Below, in pieces: positions 14,575 through 27,300 of a stretch of 64,000 nt of DNA. The notes under the pieces were generated by a model. It did not search any database, was not told the origin of the DNA, and worked only from the letters and a program-made list of their open reading frames with translations. This DNA is from Lama guanicoe (Eukaryota): assembly GCA_013239625.1 (NCBI GenBank), contig MU054098.1, forward strand, positions 1,023,568 through 1,087,567. Direction: 5' to 3'. Position 1 is the stretch's first letter, and the number at the start of each line of letters is the position of its first letter. The position numbers were made by a program, and so were the translations under genes.

Positions 14575-15820
14575 TTTATTTCTGATTTCTAGCTATGATA
14601 AAATAACAGAGTCTGAATTTGTTCTCCCACTGAAAATTACTAGAAAACTGGACCAAATATATGAAATAACTATTTTCACACATTGGACAACAGGCAGCAC
14701 AAGGAAAGTAAATGAGATCAGCCCTATGATCACATTGATGTTCTGCCTGAAGGTGGGTTCCACACCACAAAGCAGCAGGGGGACCCCATGCAGAACACGG
14801 TGCTTTCCCGGAATTGTAGAGTCAGAGATTAGAGAAGCTGGAACATATAGGCTAGGGTTCTGAGACGAGAGAGCTAACCAGGAAAAGAAGTACAGGATTT
14901 TACTTGATGAAAATATCCTTTAAACATGAAGGCAACATCAAAATACCCAAATAAATGACAAACAAAAGACTATTTCATCAGCAGGCCTACACTAAAAGAA
15001 ATGCTGAAAGAATTTTTTTAGGCAGAAGAAAAATGGTACTTGATAGGCAATCAAGTCTAGAGGAAGGAATAATGAGAGCCACAAAAGTAATATGCAGGAA
15101 AATAGACTTTTTTTTGGCTTTTCTAAATTTATATATATAAAAAACCCCTATTGACTACTTAAAGCAAATATAATAAGATATGCTGGGCTTAGACATCCAC
15201 AGAAAAGGTATATAACAGCAATGACAATAAACACAAGAGGACTTAAATGTATAATGTTGTAAGGTGCTTAGACTTATGTAAAGTGGCATAATATTAACTC
15301 AAGGAAGAGAGTAAGTAAAGGATATATAATGTAGTTAGTAAAGTAAGTGCTAATCTACAATGTATCAATTAAAAAAGCAGAATGAGGACATCTGAACATC
15401 AACAGTAACACTGGCAAAAATTGTGAGAATCAACATTTTCAGGACGCTGAAAATTAACTAAAGGTTTGCAGCAATCCAGGGAGCAATTATGCTAAAAAAA
15501 AGAAAAATAGCTGAAATCTCAGTAAGATCACTGAGGTCTATGGCTTTTTAACTTGCTCAATTCCTATTCCCCTTTCCCACCTTCACTGAGGTCCACAGTA
15601 AGTTTGAAAACCAACAACCCACAATCATGGTGAAAAGCAGAAGTCAGTTAGTGGAAGGGACAGAACAGAAGCTGTCAAATCCTTATTCATACCAGAAAAT
15701 TGTCATTATTTAGCTTGTCAGGTGGTTCCCTAAAAGACTCCACTTGCAAGCCTGTCTTTATTTAACCTGATCTGAAAAAAAACCCTTTCCCTGGGGTGTT
15801 TGTCAAAAACATTTAGAGGA
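14575..15820 (+). mobile_element. Old L1 5'/ORF1-region fragments (L1M4/L1MC-like); the last piece resumes at about 18694
   Basis: 'tagaaaactggaccaaatatatgaaataactattttca', ORF1-end-like 'cagcaggcctacactaaaagaaatgctgaaag'; host of the TSD-flanked insertion. Confidence 0.65.
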
Positions 15821-18677
15821 GAGTGTTGGCCAAGATGATGGGGTAGAGAGACTCACAGCTCATCCTCTCCACAAATACACCAAGAATTACATTCATAAAC
15901 CCATTGAATTGCACAGAACACATACTGAGCTCTGGCAGAGTGTCTTTTGCTTCAAAATACAGGATTCTCACAAAATCTGGTAAGAGAAAAAGGAAATTAG
16001 TACAGGACTGGTCCTGCAGGGAGGGAGTGGCAAAGGAAGAAAGACACTCTCACACTGGAACACACCTGTCTCTAGCTGGGAGGTCAGTGGGGACAGAAGT
16101 TGAACTTCTGAGGCTTAGAGGAGAAAGTGGCAGCCATCTGGCAGACAGTACTAAGAGAAACTGGTATGGATTATACACCATGGTCAGGTCGGGTTCATCC
16201 CAGGGACACAAGAATGGTTCAACATATGTAAATCAATCAATGTGATACACCACATCAACAAGAGAAAGGAGAAAAATCACATGATTATCTTAATGGATGC
16301 AGAAAAAGCATTCAAAAAAGTTCAACATCCATTTATGATAAAAACACTAACCAAAGTGGGTATAGAGGGAACATATCTCAACATAATAAAAGCTATTTAT
16401 GACAAACCTACAGCCAGCATAATACTCAATGGTCAAAAGTTGAAATCCTTCCTGCTAAAATCTGGATAAAGACAAGGGTGCCCACTCTCACCACTTCTAT
16501 TCAATACAGTATTGGAAGTCCTAGACATAGCAGTTAGACACGAAAAATAAATAAAAGGGATCCAAATTGGAAGAGAAGAGGTAAATTTGTCATTATACGT
16601 GGATGACATGATACTATATATAGAAAACCCTAAAGACTCCACATAAAAATTACTAGAGCTAATAAAAGAATTCAGCAAGGTAGCAGAATACAAGATAAAC
16701 ATATAGAAATCAGTGCCAATTCTGTACTATAACAATGAAACATCAGAGAATGAAAGTAAAGAAACAATCCCTTTTAAAATTGCATGCAAAAAAAAAATAC
16801 TTACGAATAAATCTGACCAAGGAAGTGGAAGACTTATCCACAGAATACTAAAAAGATTGACTAAGGAAATCAAAGATGACTTAAAGTAATGGAAAGATAT
16901 CCCATGTTGTTGGATTGGAAGAATTAATATTGTTAAAATGGCCATACTTCCCAAAGCAATCTATAGATTTATTTCAATCCCTATCAAATTACGCAGGACA
17001 TTTTTCACATAACTAGAACAAATACTCCTAAAATTTATGTGGAATCACAAAAGACCCAGAATTGCCAAAGCATTACTGAAGAAAAAGAATGAAGCTGGAG
17101 GAATAACCCTCCCAGACTTCAGACACTACTACAGAGCTACAGTAATCAAAACAACATGGCATTGGTACAAAAACAGACATATGGATCAATGGAACAGAAC
17201 AGAGAGCCCAGAAATGAACCCACAAACTTTTGGTCAATTAAGCTTTGACAAAGGAGGCAAGAACATACAGTGGAGTAATGACAGTCTCTTAAGCAAATCG
17301 TGTTGGGAAAACTGGACAGCTGTATGTAAATTAATGAAGTTAGAATACTCCCTCACACCATACACAAAAATAAACTCAAAATGGCTTAATGACTTAAACC
17401 TAAGACAAGACACTAAACCTCATAAAGAAACCATAGGCAAAACATTATCTGACATATATCTCAGCAATGTTCCCCTAGGGCAGTCTACCCAGGCAATAGA
17501 AATAAAAGCAAAAATAAACAAATGGGACCTAATTAAACTTATAAGCTTCTGCACAGCAGAGGAAATCATAAGCAAATCAAAAAGACAAACTACAGAATGG
17601 GAGAAAATATTTGCAAAAGATGAAACTGACAAGGTCTTAATTTCCAGAATATATAAACAGCTCATACAACTTAATAATAAAACAAAACTAAGAATCCAAT
17701 CAAAAATGGGCAGAGGACCAAAACAAGCAATTGTCCAATGAAGACATACAAATGGCCAATGGGCACATGAAAAAATGCTCAATATCGCTAATTATCAGAG
17801 AAATGCAAATCAAAACTACCATTATGTATCATGTCACACCAATCAAAATGGCCATCATTAAAAATCCACAAGCAATAAATGCTGGAGAGGATGTGGAGAA
17901 AAGGGAACCCTCCTATGCTGTTGGTGGGAATGTAATTTGGTGAAGCTGTTATGGAAAACGGTAGAGAGATTCCTCAAAAAACTAAAAATTGACTTATCGC
18001 GTGATCCAGCAATCCCACTCCTGGGCATCTATCTAGAGGGAACCTGAATTCAAAAAGATACATGCACCCCAATGTTCATAGCAGCACTATTTGCAATAGC
18101 CAAGACATGAAAACAACATCAACAGATGACTGGATAAAGAACTTGTGGTATATTTATATAATGGAATTCTACTCAGCCATAAAATAATGAAATAATGCCA
18201 TTTGCAGCAAGATAGATGTACCTGGAGATTGCCATTCTAAGAGAAGTAAGCCAGGAAAAGAAAGAAAAATACCATATATCACTTATATGTGGAATCTAAG
18301 GAAAAAAAAAAGACAAATGAACTTACTTACAAAACAGAAAATAGACTCACAGACATAGAAAATGAACTTATGGTTACAGGGGTGGGGGAAAGGGGTGGGA
18401 AGGGATAAACTGGGAGTTTGAGATTTACAGATACTAATATATATAAAATAGATAAATAACAAGTTCATACTGTATAGCACAGGGAACTATATTCAATATC
18501 TTACAGTACCTTATGGTGAAAAAGAATATGAAAACAAGTATATGTATGTTCACGTATGACTGAAGCCTTATGCTGTACAGCAGAAATTGACACAGCATTG
18601 TAGACTGACTATACTTCACTTAAATATATATACACACACATACACATACACACATATACATATATATACACACTTGA
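15821..18677 (+). mobile_element. Internally deleted LINE-1: about 350 nt of 5'UTR joined to ORF2 RT region, then 3'UTR and a microsatellite-converted tail
   Basis: TSD aaaaacatttagagga (15805-15820) / aaaaacattttgagga (18678-18693); 5' start 'caagatgatgg' resembles a decayed YY1 site; ORF2 ORFs 16242-16469 and 17037-17741; LSLYVDDM near 16590-16610. Confidence 0.95.
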
Positions 18678-19159
18678 AAAAACATTTTGAGGAAGTTGTT
18701 TAAAATCACAGCTGCTTAGGGTGGTGCCTATCTGTTGGGGCAAAAGAGGGCAGCCAAAAAATTGAAAGAAGAGCCTGGTAAATGAGATGTCCACAGCGTC
18801 TTTGCAAAGCTCTGATATATTACTGGGAATCTAGAATTTGATGTGAATGCATAAGATTGTATGCATGCCGAGAGCAGGACACATGCTCAAGAAAGGCCTG
18901 AGAAGACCTAAACAATCATTACAATCCTAGCTGCAAATCTTTGCTAAAATTAGCAATTCTAGTATGGTAATGGAGCTGTATTGGAGCAAAGGTTTCTGTA
19001 TTAATGACACTGACTTGGTACTAACTTTAGATAGATTGTTATGTTATTAATTTTAACACCCTGGACCAGCACTAACAAAATGACCCTCAAACGTGTATTA
19101 AAGAAATGGCAAGAGAGTGAAAATTGTAGTCTAGAAAATATCTATTTGAAACAAAAACC

Positions 19160-19430
19160 ATGCATTAAATGATTCCATTTATAGGAACTATCCAGAAGAG
19201 GCAAATCTATAGAGATAAAGTAGCTAGTTGTATCTAGGGCTGAAGGGATTGGGTAAATGAAGAGTGACTGCTAATGTGTTTCGGATTTCTTTTGGAGATA
19301 ATGGAAATTTCTGAAAGTAGGCAGTGGCTATATTTATGCAGCTTTGTAAATCTACTAAAAGCACTGAGTTGTATACTTTTAAAAGGTTAATTTCATGGCT
19401 TTTAAATTATATTTCAATTTTAAACTACAC
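19160..19430 (+). mobile_element. L1MB-like 3'UTR fragment
   Basis: 'tgattccatttataggaactatccagaagaggcaaatctatagagata...gagtgactgctaatg'. Confidence 0.8.
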
Positions 19431-19439
19431 TATAAAAAT

Positions 19440-21060
19440 CTACAATACTAAATAATAGCCAATAAATAGAACAAATGGACTTCTAAATACTCTATACAAA
19501 AAAAAAAAAAAAAAAAGACAGGAAAATAGAAAAGAGGTACTAAGAACAGGTGAGAGAAATAGAAAACAAATCCTAAGATGGTAGACCAGACCCAATAATG
19601 TCAGTAATTATAATAAAAGTAAATGAATAAATTCTGTTAATTAATAGGTAGAGATTGTCATAAATGATATAAAAGATCACATATAAAGACAAAGAGGTTG
19701 AAAGAAAAACAATGGAAACAATACTCATTATAATGTTAGGATGACTATATCATTATTAAGATAGACCATATACTGGGTCATAATACAAGTTATTTCTTTG
19801 ACTATCAGAGGATTAAAATAACAGTGTATTTCCATCTTTTGATGCTAAAAATATGTTATTAACTTCTAACCAAAGTGAGTTAAAGGAAAGATATACTAAT
19901 GATAAGAGTGGAAATCAGCAAGTAATAAATAAATAAACAATAGAGAAAACCAACAAAGCAAAACATTGGTTCCTTGCAATGGCTATTAAGATTTGTAAAT
20001 AGCTAGCAGGAATGATCAAGAAAATAAATGAGATAAAGTGCAAATTAGCCATATTAGAAATGAAAGAGTCGTCATCATTTTAGATCCTAGAGACATTAAA
20101 AAATAATGATAGGGTATTATGAACAACTTTATGCAAATCCTTTGAGAACACTGACAAAATGGATAATTTACTTAAAGACATAACTTATCAATCCTCCTAA
20201 GGGTAGCTAACAATCTAAATTTGTAATTAATATTTTCTCACAAAGAAAATACCCAGAAGGATCACTCCACAGCCTTTTTAATGAGGCAACTATAATACAG
20301 ACACCAAAATCTGAGGAAGACATTACAAGGAAAGATTACAGACCAATATGACTCACGAATATAGATATAAAAAAATATTTAAAATAGTAACAAGTCAAAT
20401 TCAGCAATATATAAAAGTAATAGTTCATTCTGTCCAGTTGGGTTTCATTTCATGAATGCAAGTTTGGTCCAGCATTTGAAAGCCAGTTAATACAACTGAA
20501 CACATTAACAAAATAAAAGAGCAAAATCACATGATTCTCTCAATACATACAGAAAATACAGGACAAATATTAATGCCCGTTCGGGATTTGAAAAAAATGA
20601 AACTTTCATCAAAGTAGAAATGGAAGGAAATTTCTTCAGAATGATAATGTGCATCTTTGGTAAACCTAAAAGTAACCCTAAATCTAATGCTGCAACATTT
20701 ATTATTTTTCTCCTAAAATTGGGAACAATGCAAGGGTATTTAACCTCACCACTTTTAATCAACACTGTACTGAAAATTCCAGCCACATAAATAAATTAGA
20801 AAGGAAGAAGGAAATGTGTGTTTGTTTTCATGGCATAATTGACTATATACAATATCCTAAAGAATCAGCCAAAATTTTTTTCCCAGTATTATTTATTGAT
20901 TAACAAATGCTTAGCATACAAGGTGAATTTTAAAAAATTTAATTGCATTTCTATATATTACCAACAGACAATGTTAATATAAATGTAAAAATGAAAACTT
21001 AACAATTGCATAAAACAAAGTAAAGCATTTGACAATAATATGCAAATAATTTTTTTAAAA
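19440..21060 (+). mobile_element. Ancient degenerate L1 ORF2 fragments
   Basis: 'aatcacatgattctctcaatacatacagaaaa', 'gggaacaatgcaagggtatttaacctcaccactttta'; ORF 20505-20786 is the antisense shadow. Confidence 0.8.
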
Positions 21061-21540
21061 CATCACAGAGATAAAGAACAAATTGATAGAAGCCTTTCTG
21101 TTATTTTTTTGATGAAAATCAGGTAATCAAAAATGCCTTTAGATTTGAAGAGAGCTAATCTCTCTTAAGCAAAGCTCTTCCCTTTTATTACGTCAAGATT
21201 TGAGGGTCCGGAAATTTGGGGTCCTATACACAGTGCATAAAGCCAAAATTCTGATTTCCTTTCAAATAAAGTGCTTGATTTTCAACTATCTGCATGTGTG
21301 TGATTAAGCAACATCGCTGGAAATGCTGCTGTACAAAACAAACTACTTACTGAAATGCAAACCAATTCTCTGAAATGCTGGCATTTTCCAAGGAATACTA
21401 CTTCTCAGTATTTTGAGTCTCCTATTTTGAATAAATATCTGGTAACAAAACAATGTTCACATATGCCCCTGGAAATGTGGCATGTATTTGGAATGCTTAT
21501 TGGCTCTCTAGCAACTTAAAATTTTATCACTAAAGTGCCA

Positions 21541-22743
21541 GTTTTTAAAAAATTTATTGAAGTATAGTCAGTTACATTGTGTCAATTTCTGCTGCTCAGC
21601 ATAATTTTTCAGTTGTACATATATTTGTTTTCATATTCTTTTTATCATAGGGTATCACAAGACATTGAATATAGCTCCCTGTGCTATACAGAAGAAATTT
21701 GTTTTTTATCTATTTTATATTTCATAGTTAGTATTTGCACATCTCAAACTCCCAATTTATCTCTTCCTACTCCCTTACCCCCTGGTAACCATAAATTTGT
21801 TCACTGTATCTATGAGTCTGTTTCTTTTTTGTAGATAAGTTAATCAGTGTCTTTTTTCTTTTCTTTTCGATTCCACACGTAAGTGATAGCATATGGTATT
21901 TTTCTTTCTCTTTCTGGCTTACTTCGCTTAGAATGACAATCTCCAGGTCCATCCATGTTGCTACAAATGGAATTATTTCATTATTTTTTATTGCTGATTA
22001 GTAAGTACTCCACTGTATAAGTATACCTCAGCTTCTTTATCCAGTCATCAGTCGATGGACATTTAGGTTATTTCCATGTCTTGGCTATTGTATTATAGTG
22101 CTGCTATGAACAGTGGGGAGCATGTGTCTTTTCTAGTTACAGTTTTCTCTGGATATATGCCCAGGAGTGGGATTGCTGGATCATATGGCAAGTCTATTTT
22201 TAGTTTTTTGAGAAATCTCCATACTGTTTTCCATAATGGCTGCACCAAACCACATTCCCACCAATAGTGTAGGAGGGTTCCCTTTCCTCCACACCCTCTC
22301 CAGCATTTATCGTTCATGGACTTCTGAATGATAGCCATTCTGACTGGTGTGAGGTGATACCTCATTGTAGTTTTGATTTGGATTTCTCTGATAATTAGTG
22401 ACATGGAGCATTTCTTCATGTGCCTATTGGTCATTTGTATGCCTTCACTGGAGAATTGCTTATTTAGGTCCTCTGCCCATTTTTGGATTGAGTTCTTTGT
22501 TTTTTTGTCATTAAGTTGTATGAGTTTACATATTCTGGAAATTAAACCTTTGTCAGTCGCATCATTTGCAAATATTTTCTCCCATTCCGTAGGTTGTCAT
22601 TTTGTTTTGCTTATGGTTTCCTTTGCTGTGCAAAAGCTTTTAAGTTTAATTAGGTCCCATTTGTTTATTTTTGTTTTTATTTCTATTACTTGAGTAGATT
22701 GCCCTAAGAGAACATTGCTAAGATTTATGTCAGAGAATGTTTT
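21541..22743 (-). mobile_element. 5'-truncated LINE-1 (ORF2 C-terminus plus 3'UTR)
   Basis: ORF 22093-22434 is the ORF2p C-terminus ([30 protein letters not shown]); TSD core taaagtgcca at 21531-21540 and 22744-22753. Confidence 0.96.
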
Positions 22744-24390
22744 TAAAGTGCCAAATTATTAATGTTGTACTGTTCCATATTTAGATCATAGTAACAGGAG
22801 ACAAGCCTAATGAAAAGGCAATTATCTCTCTACTTAGCCAGAACATATTCTCTTCTTCCAGACGAAATTACCCTCCAAATGATTTTACATGTAGAAAGTT
22901 TGCATTTATCATTTATATTCTTCATTTAGCAGAAGGCTTTCCTGGTATTCCTGGGCCATTCAGGAATCTTATTACCACATTGAATTCTATCACTGAAAGC
23001 TGCTGAAGAAAATAGTGTCTTTCAGTTTTCCGCAGACAAGAATTTGAACTGATACCTTAGTAGTCAATGTCATTTTTAAGAAATGAATTGTGAAGGGGAT
23101 TTCATATTACATTACTTTTTCTTAGAGTGTGAAAAATGGATTATTACTGCAAACAAAAAGACTATCCAAAGGCTGAGAAACTGGAGCTGCCACTTTTAAC
23201 TTATACTTAAGCAAATGGATGACACAGTCTCAGTCCGGACTTGGAGGCCTCATGTTCACTTTTTTTCCCATGTTCCGAGCATCAAGGGTTATGAGGCAAA
23301 CCCTTGGTATGACGGTGGAATTCTTTTATTGTGCTCATATCAAGAAATCAACAGCCCAGTTCCTGCCATCTAAGCTATTATATCCAACTTTGCCTGTATA
23401 AAATTACATCCTGACCCTAACATATCAGCCCGAGTACTAGTGAGTCCTCTCATGAAGTGGAGTTTTTCTGTGCCTTATTAAAGTACTTACCACTGATTGT
23501 CTCACTACACAAACATTTAATTATGTCTATTTTATCTAAATACATAAACCAGTAATAGAGAAAACAAAGCATTTGACTGTTTCCTGATCAGAATCTTTTA
23601 GAACCCTTTGAGGGCAGGGAATGTATATTATGCAGCTTTGCATTCTCACTGTTTAAGATAGTGTCTGATAAATGAGTATTTGAGAAATTCTTATTTAATA
23701 ACTAAATGTATAAATGAAGTTAAACACCTCCACTCTAAGAATATTAAGTATCATCATAACGTGTCATTGATTTTCTTCCAAGTTTCATATGCATGTATGA
23801 ATGTATGTGTGATTTTATAGAAAAAATTGTAGTTTCAAACCTATTCAACATTACAGTTTTTCTGTTCAAGGTCAGTGGGTTGAAAATAGAACTAATCTTT
23901 TCTGTAAGTCTTATGTCTCTATCTCTGGGAAAGCAATAGTTGTTTCTCCTGAAATCAAGGATGCAGTGGGAGAATCATTTCCCACTCATTTCCACACATG
24001 CAAAACATAAAGTCTACTGCTATTGCTTTATAATTTCCTAAGGCCTTTTCCCTGTCACTACATCTGCAGACCCTGTTCATGCTCTGGTTACCAAACTACT
24101 TTGTTACAACATTCATTCTGACTTTATTTGCCCTTGTGCCCATTCTACAGCATAATGAAATGACCGGCACTAAAACCAGTTTCTTTTTCCACCTCATCAT
24201 ACTGCTGTTCATGTTCTTATGATGGTTTCCTATTGTACTGTAGGTAATTGAGATATTTACTTTCTACACTCACTTTAAGCAAAATATACTACAAGGCATG
24301 ATATGATGTGTATTGACACGTGTGTATTTGTGTAGATAGAAAAGAATGGGGTCTTCAACCTTGAGAAAATTATGATGTATAGGGGAAAAA

Positions 24391-24392
<2 letters not shown>

Positions 24393-24425
<33 letters not shown>
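24393..24425 (+). repeat. (AC)16A microsatellite
   Basis: Read directly. Confidence 0.98.
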
Positions 24426-24431
<6 letters not shown>

Positions 24432-24580
24432 TAAATGCAGTGTAAGGCACATTTATAAATCAGTCATCTAAAATTCCTTTGTATGTTCATAAAATGGAAT
24501 CCAAATATATTTAGATACATATAAATGCATATGTGCATATGAATGTATATATATAAATGTATGAATCCAATGGAATCCAA

Positions 24581-24582
<2 letters not shown>

Positions 24583-24615
<33 letters not shown>
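24583..24615 (+). repeat. (TG)16T microsatellite
   Basis: Read directly. Confidence 0.98.
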
Positions 24616-24619
<4 letters not shown>

Positions 24620-25499
24620 TATACTAACCAGAACTAATTAGAACTTTAGAACTAACTAGAAATATTAATCAATTTTGATGATAAACTGACTTTATCATCT
24701 GTAAATGGTACTTCCCTCCTTTTCTTCTCATGTTCTTTTTTGGTGCCAATCTTAAATGCAAAATAGTCTATCATATATTAAGTTCTGAATTTGGTTTATC
24801 CTTCACTAGATTATAAGCATCTGAAAACTTCCTGATTCCCCTTTGTATCTCCCTGAAGCCTCAAATTCAGAACCTTGCTCAATAAATATTTGATTTAAAA
24901 CAGATCAACGAGTGCTAATTAATAGAGCCTACATAAGGCCTATTGCTGCGGGATCACAAATAATGATGTGATCAGCATTGATTAATATCAATTAGGGAAG
25001 TTCTTTGGTAGAGGTAAGTTTAATCTAATTTTACTATTTTAAATTTGTGAAGTTCTTAGCCTAAGTTCTCACTTCTTCCCAATATATATAGTCTCTTACA
25101 GTCTTTTAAGTTGACACTTATCAGGAACAATTTTATTTTTATAGTTTTTTCTTCTTATTTTCTCATGTCAAGCCTGGACTAATTTTCCACTGTCCATATC
25201 ACTTGCTGTTTTCTTCATTTAAAGATTTTATGCTTTGCTTCATTTTCTCTAACAGAAAGAATCACCAGAAATTCCTGATTGTACTCTTCAAAAATGTACA
25301 AAAAATAAATAAATAAACCAGCCATCTGGATCATGGTTGACAAATGTAGTATATACAATAAAATCAAAATTATTTGTAAATCAAGTGAACACATTTGCCA
25401 AATCAATATTTACACATATGAGATAGGAAACATTCATTTAAAGAAGAATAACAGAATAAGATTAAATTTTTATCTTGAGTATCAGGTAAATTGATATGA

Positions 25500-25745
25500 G
25501 GAGTGGTAGCATATAGTAATATACAAAAGCATGATTTGTAACCATAACACCTCACCTGAATTAGTTTTGGTTCTGCTCTTTCTGGTAATGTGAATTGATA
25601 AAATTATTTATTTTATCTGGTCTTCATTGTCTTCATATCAAAAATGGGACCATAATTATTTTATCCTCACAAAATTTTTCTGAGGAATAAATGAGATAAT
25701 GAATGAAAAAAATTTGTAGTTGTGAAGAGTCAAACATAAGCAATG
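25500..25745 (+). mobile_element. MIR SINE
   Basis: 'cttcattgtcttcatatcaaaaatgggaccataatta...tgaggaataaatgagataat'. Confidence 0.7.
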
Positions 25746-26444
25746 AATTATTTTTTTCTTGGAAAATTCCAATGTACAGTATTTGCATTCATGGAGAAGA
25801 GCATCTTTCAAAAGTTCCTCTGGACTCCTTGGTGCTCTTCTAATGAGGTGTTTGATCAAAGGTGGCAACATGCTGCAGGAAAGGCAGCTGATAACACCTG
25901 AGTAATGTTCTGTCCCCTCTAGATACATCTTTCTCCGTCGGTGGGCTGCAGTTTACAGCCTGTGTCTCAGAAGGCATGATTAAATAGATGCTTTGCTTTA
26001 TACTGGGATTTTATTTGGGCTTTAGTTGACAAAAGAATTAGGCTTCTAGATCTTACCTGTTTTGGGGAGAGGAACATTCCCCCATAGTCCCATTTTCCTA
26101 AACATCATTTACATTCAAGCTAATTGTGATATTTTGACAAGAAAAAAATACTATTCTGCAACTGCAAGAGGATGTTAGTGCCTGAGATTTAAAAACAGAG
26201 GATGATAATATGGGAAAGTTTAATATGTTACCTCTCATTGCCCTAAATTGTTAAAGCATATAGTGTCTACCAAATAATGTAACATTTTATTATAAAGTTT
26301 GTATGATTTTCTAGTTGTTTTATAAGATTAGGGTAGTCATGACTATCAGAAAGGGGACTCAAGTGACAAGCTGTGCTAATTGAGAAAGACCTATTCTGTT
26401 TTCAATTTCATCATATATAGAATGTGGGAGTTGGTACAGAATAA

Positions 26445-26638
26445 GATGCAGACAGTATTCTATGGAGGTGTTTTCTTTGGCCAGCATAGTGTTAGATATT
26501 TTAAAATAACTTTAGGTGGAATATAACTCACCATGTCTACAAGGCTCCAGCATTCCTTATTGTCTTTTATCCATCCATTTCACACATTTATAATACTATC
26601 TTATCCTTAGAGATGTTACACTTTTGAATTTCTGGACT
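26445..26638 (+). mobile_element. Probable hAT DNA transposon remnant (MER102-like)
   Basis: 'cattccttattgtcttttatccatccatttcacacattta' resembles the recalled MER102 3' part. Confidence 0.45.
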
Positions 26639-26871
26639 AGATCATATTTTAATTTCCTTCCTGTACAAACATTCTATGAGAGTGATAAAGTAGAACCTAA
26701 CCTAGATCTAGAATTACAGATAATTTTAACAGGGACTTCTGATATTGTTAATATGGTCATCAAAGTTAATATGGAAAATATAACCTACAAATATTTTTAA
26801 AATTCTGGATAAAATATAATTTTAAAACTATGCAGCGGAGTTTATAAGAAGTAAGAATAAAATGACATATG

Positions 26872-26990
26872 CAAAGGAAAAGAAGGAGGAGAAAGAGGAG
26901 GAGAAAAAGGAGGAGGGGGAGAAGAAGGAAAGGAGGATGAAGAAGAGCAGGGGAAGGAGGGGAAAAAAAGATAGGAGGAAAAGAATGGAA
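26872..26990 (+). repeat. Polypurine (GGA/GAA) low-complexity tract
   Basis: 'agaaggaggagaaagaggaggagaaaaaggaggaggggga...'. Confidence 0.9.
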
Positions 26991-27300
26991 AGCTAAATAT
27001 GTAAGAAAATTAGTTAACACTACTCAAGCTCTGTCCAGGAAAAGGTAACAGATGGGAAAAAATAGTTGCTTATTGGGTATGGAAATTATGTAGAGAAAGG
27101 CTTCAAGGCCTTGGGAACAGGTAGTCTGGGAGTTGGAACTGACACCCCTGCATAAAGATGAGACCCTCAAAATCCACAATTTAAGTAAAATGGGAAGCCC
27201 AATAATAAAACCCATCTACTGGCCACAAGATGCAACAAGGGATTTTTTACTGGTCTGGATTAAGGAAAGTAAAAGTTTTCCATTAGAATTTAGAAATTTT

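Noticed and set aside
15904..16245. 113-aa ORF crossing the 5'UTR/ORF2 junction as a new fusion protein
   Set aside because: Starts at TTG, is out of frame with ORF2 after the junction and has no recognisable domain.
17037..17741. Longest ORF (234 aa) as a host or domesticated gene
   Set aside because: It is L1 ORF2p sequence; the same element has stops and frameshifts on both sides.
26057..26181. Minus-strand exon-like segment (acceptor at 26182-26184, donor CAG|GTAAGA)
   Set aside because: Stops in all three frames and no partner exons; indistinguishable from a pseudo-exon without RNA data.
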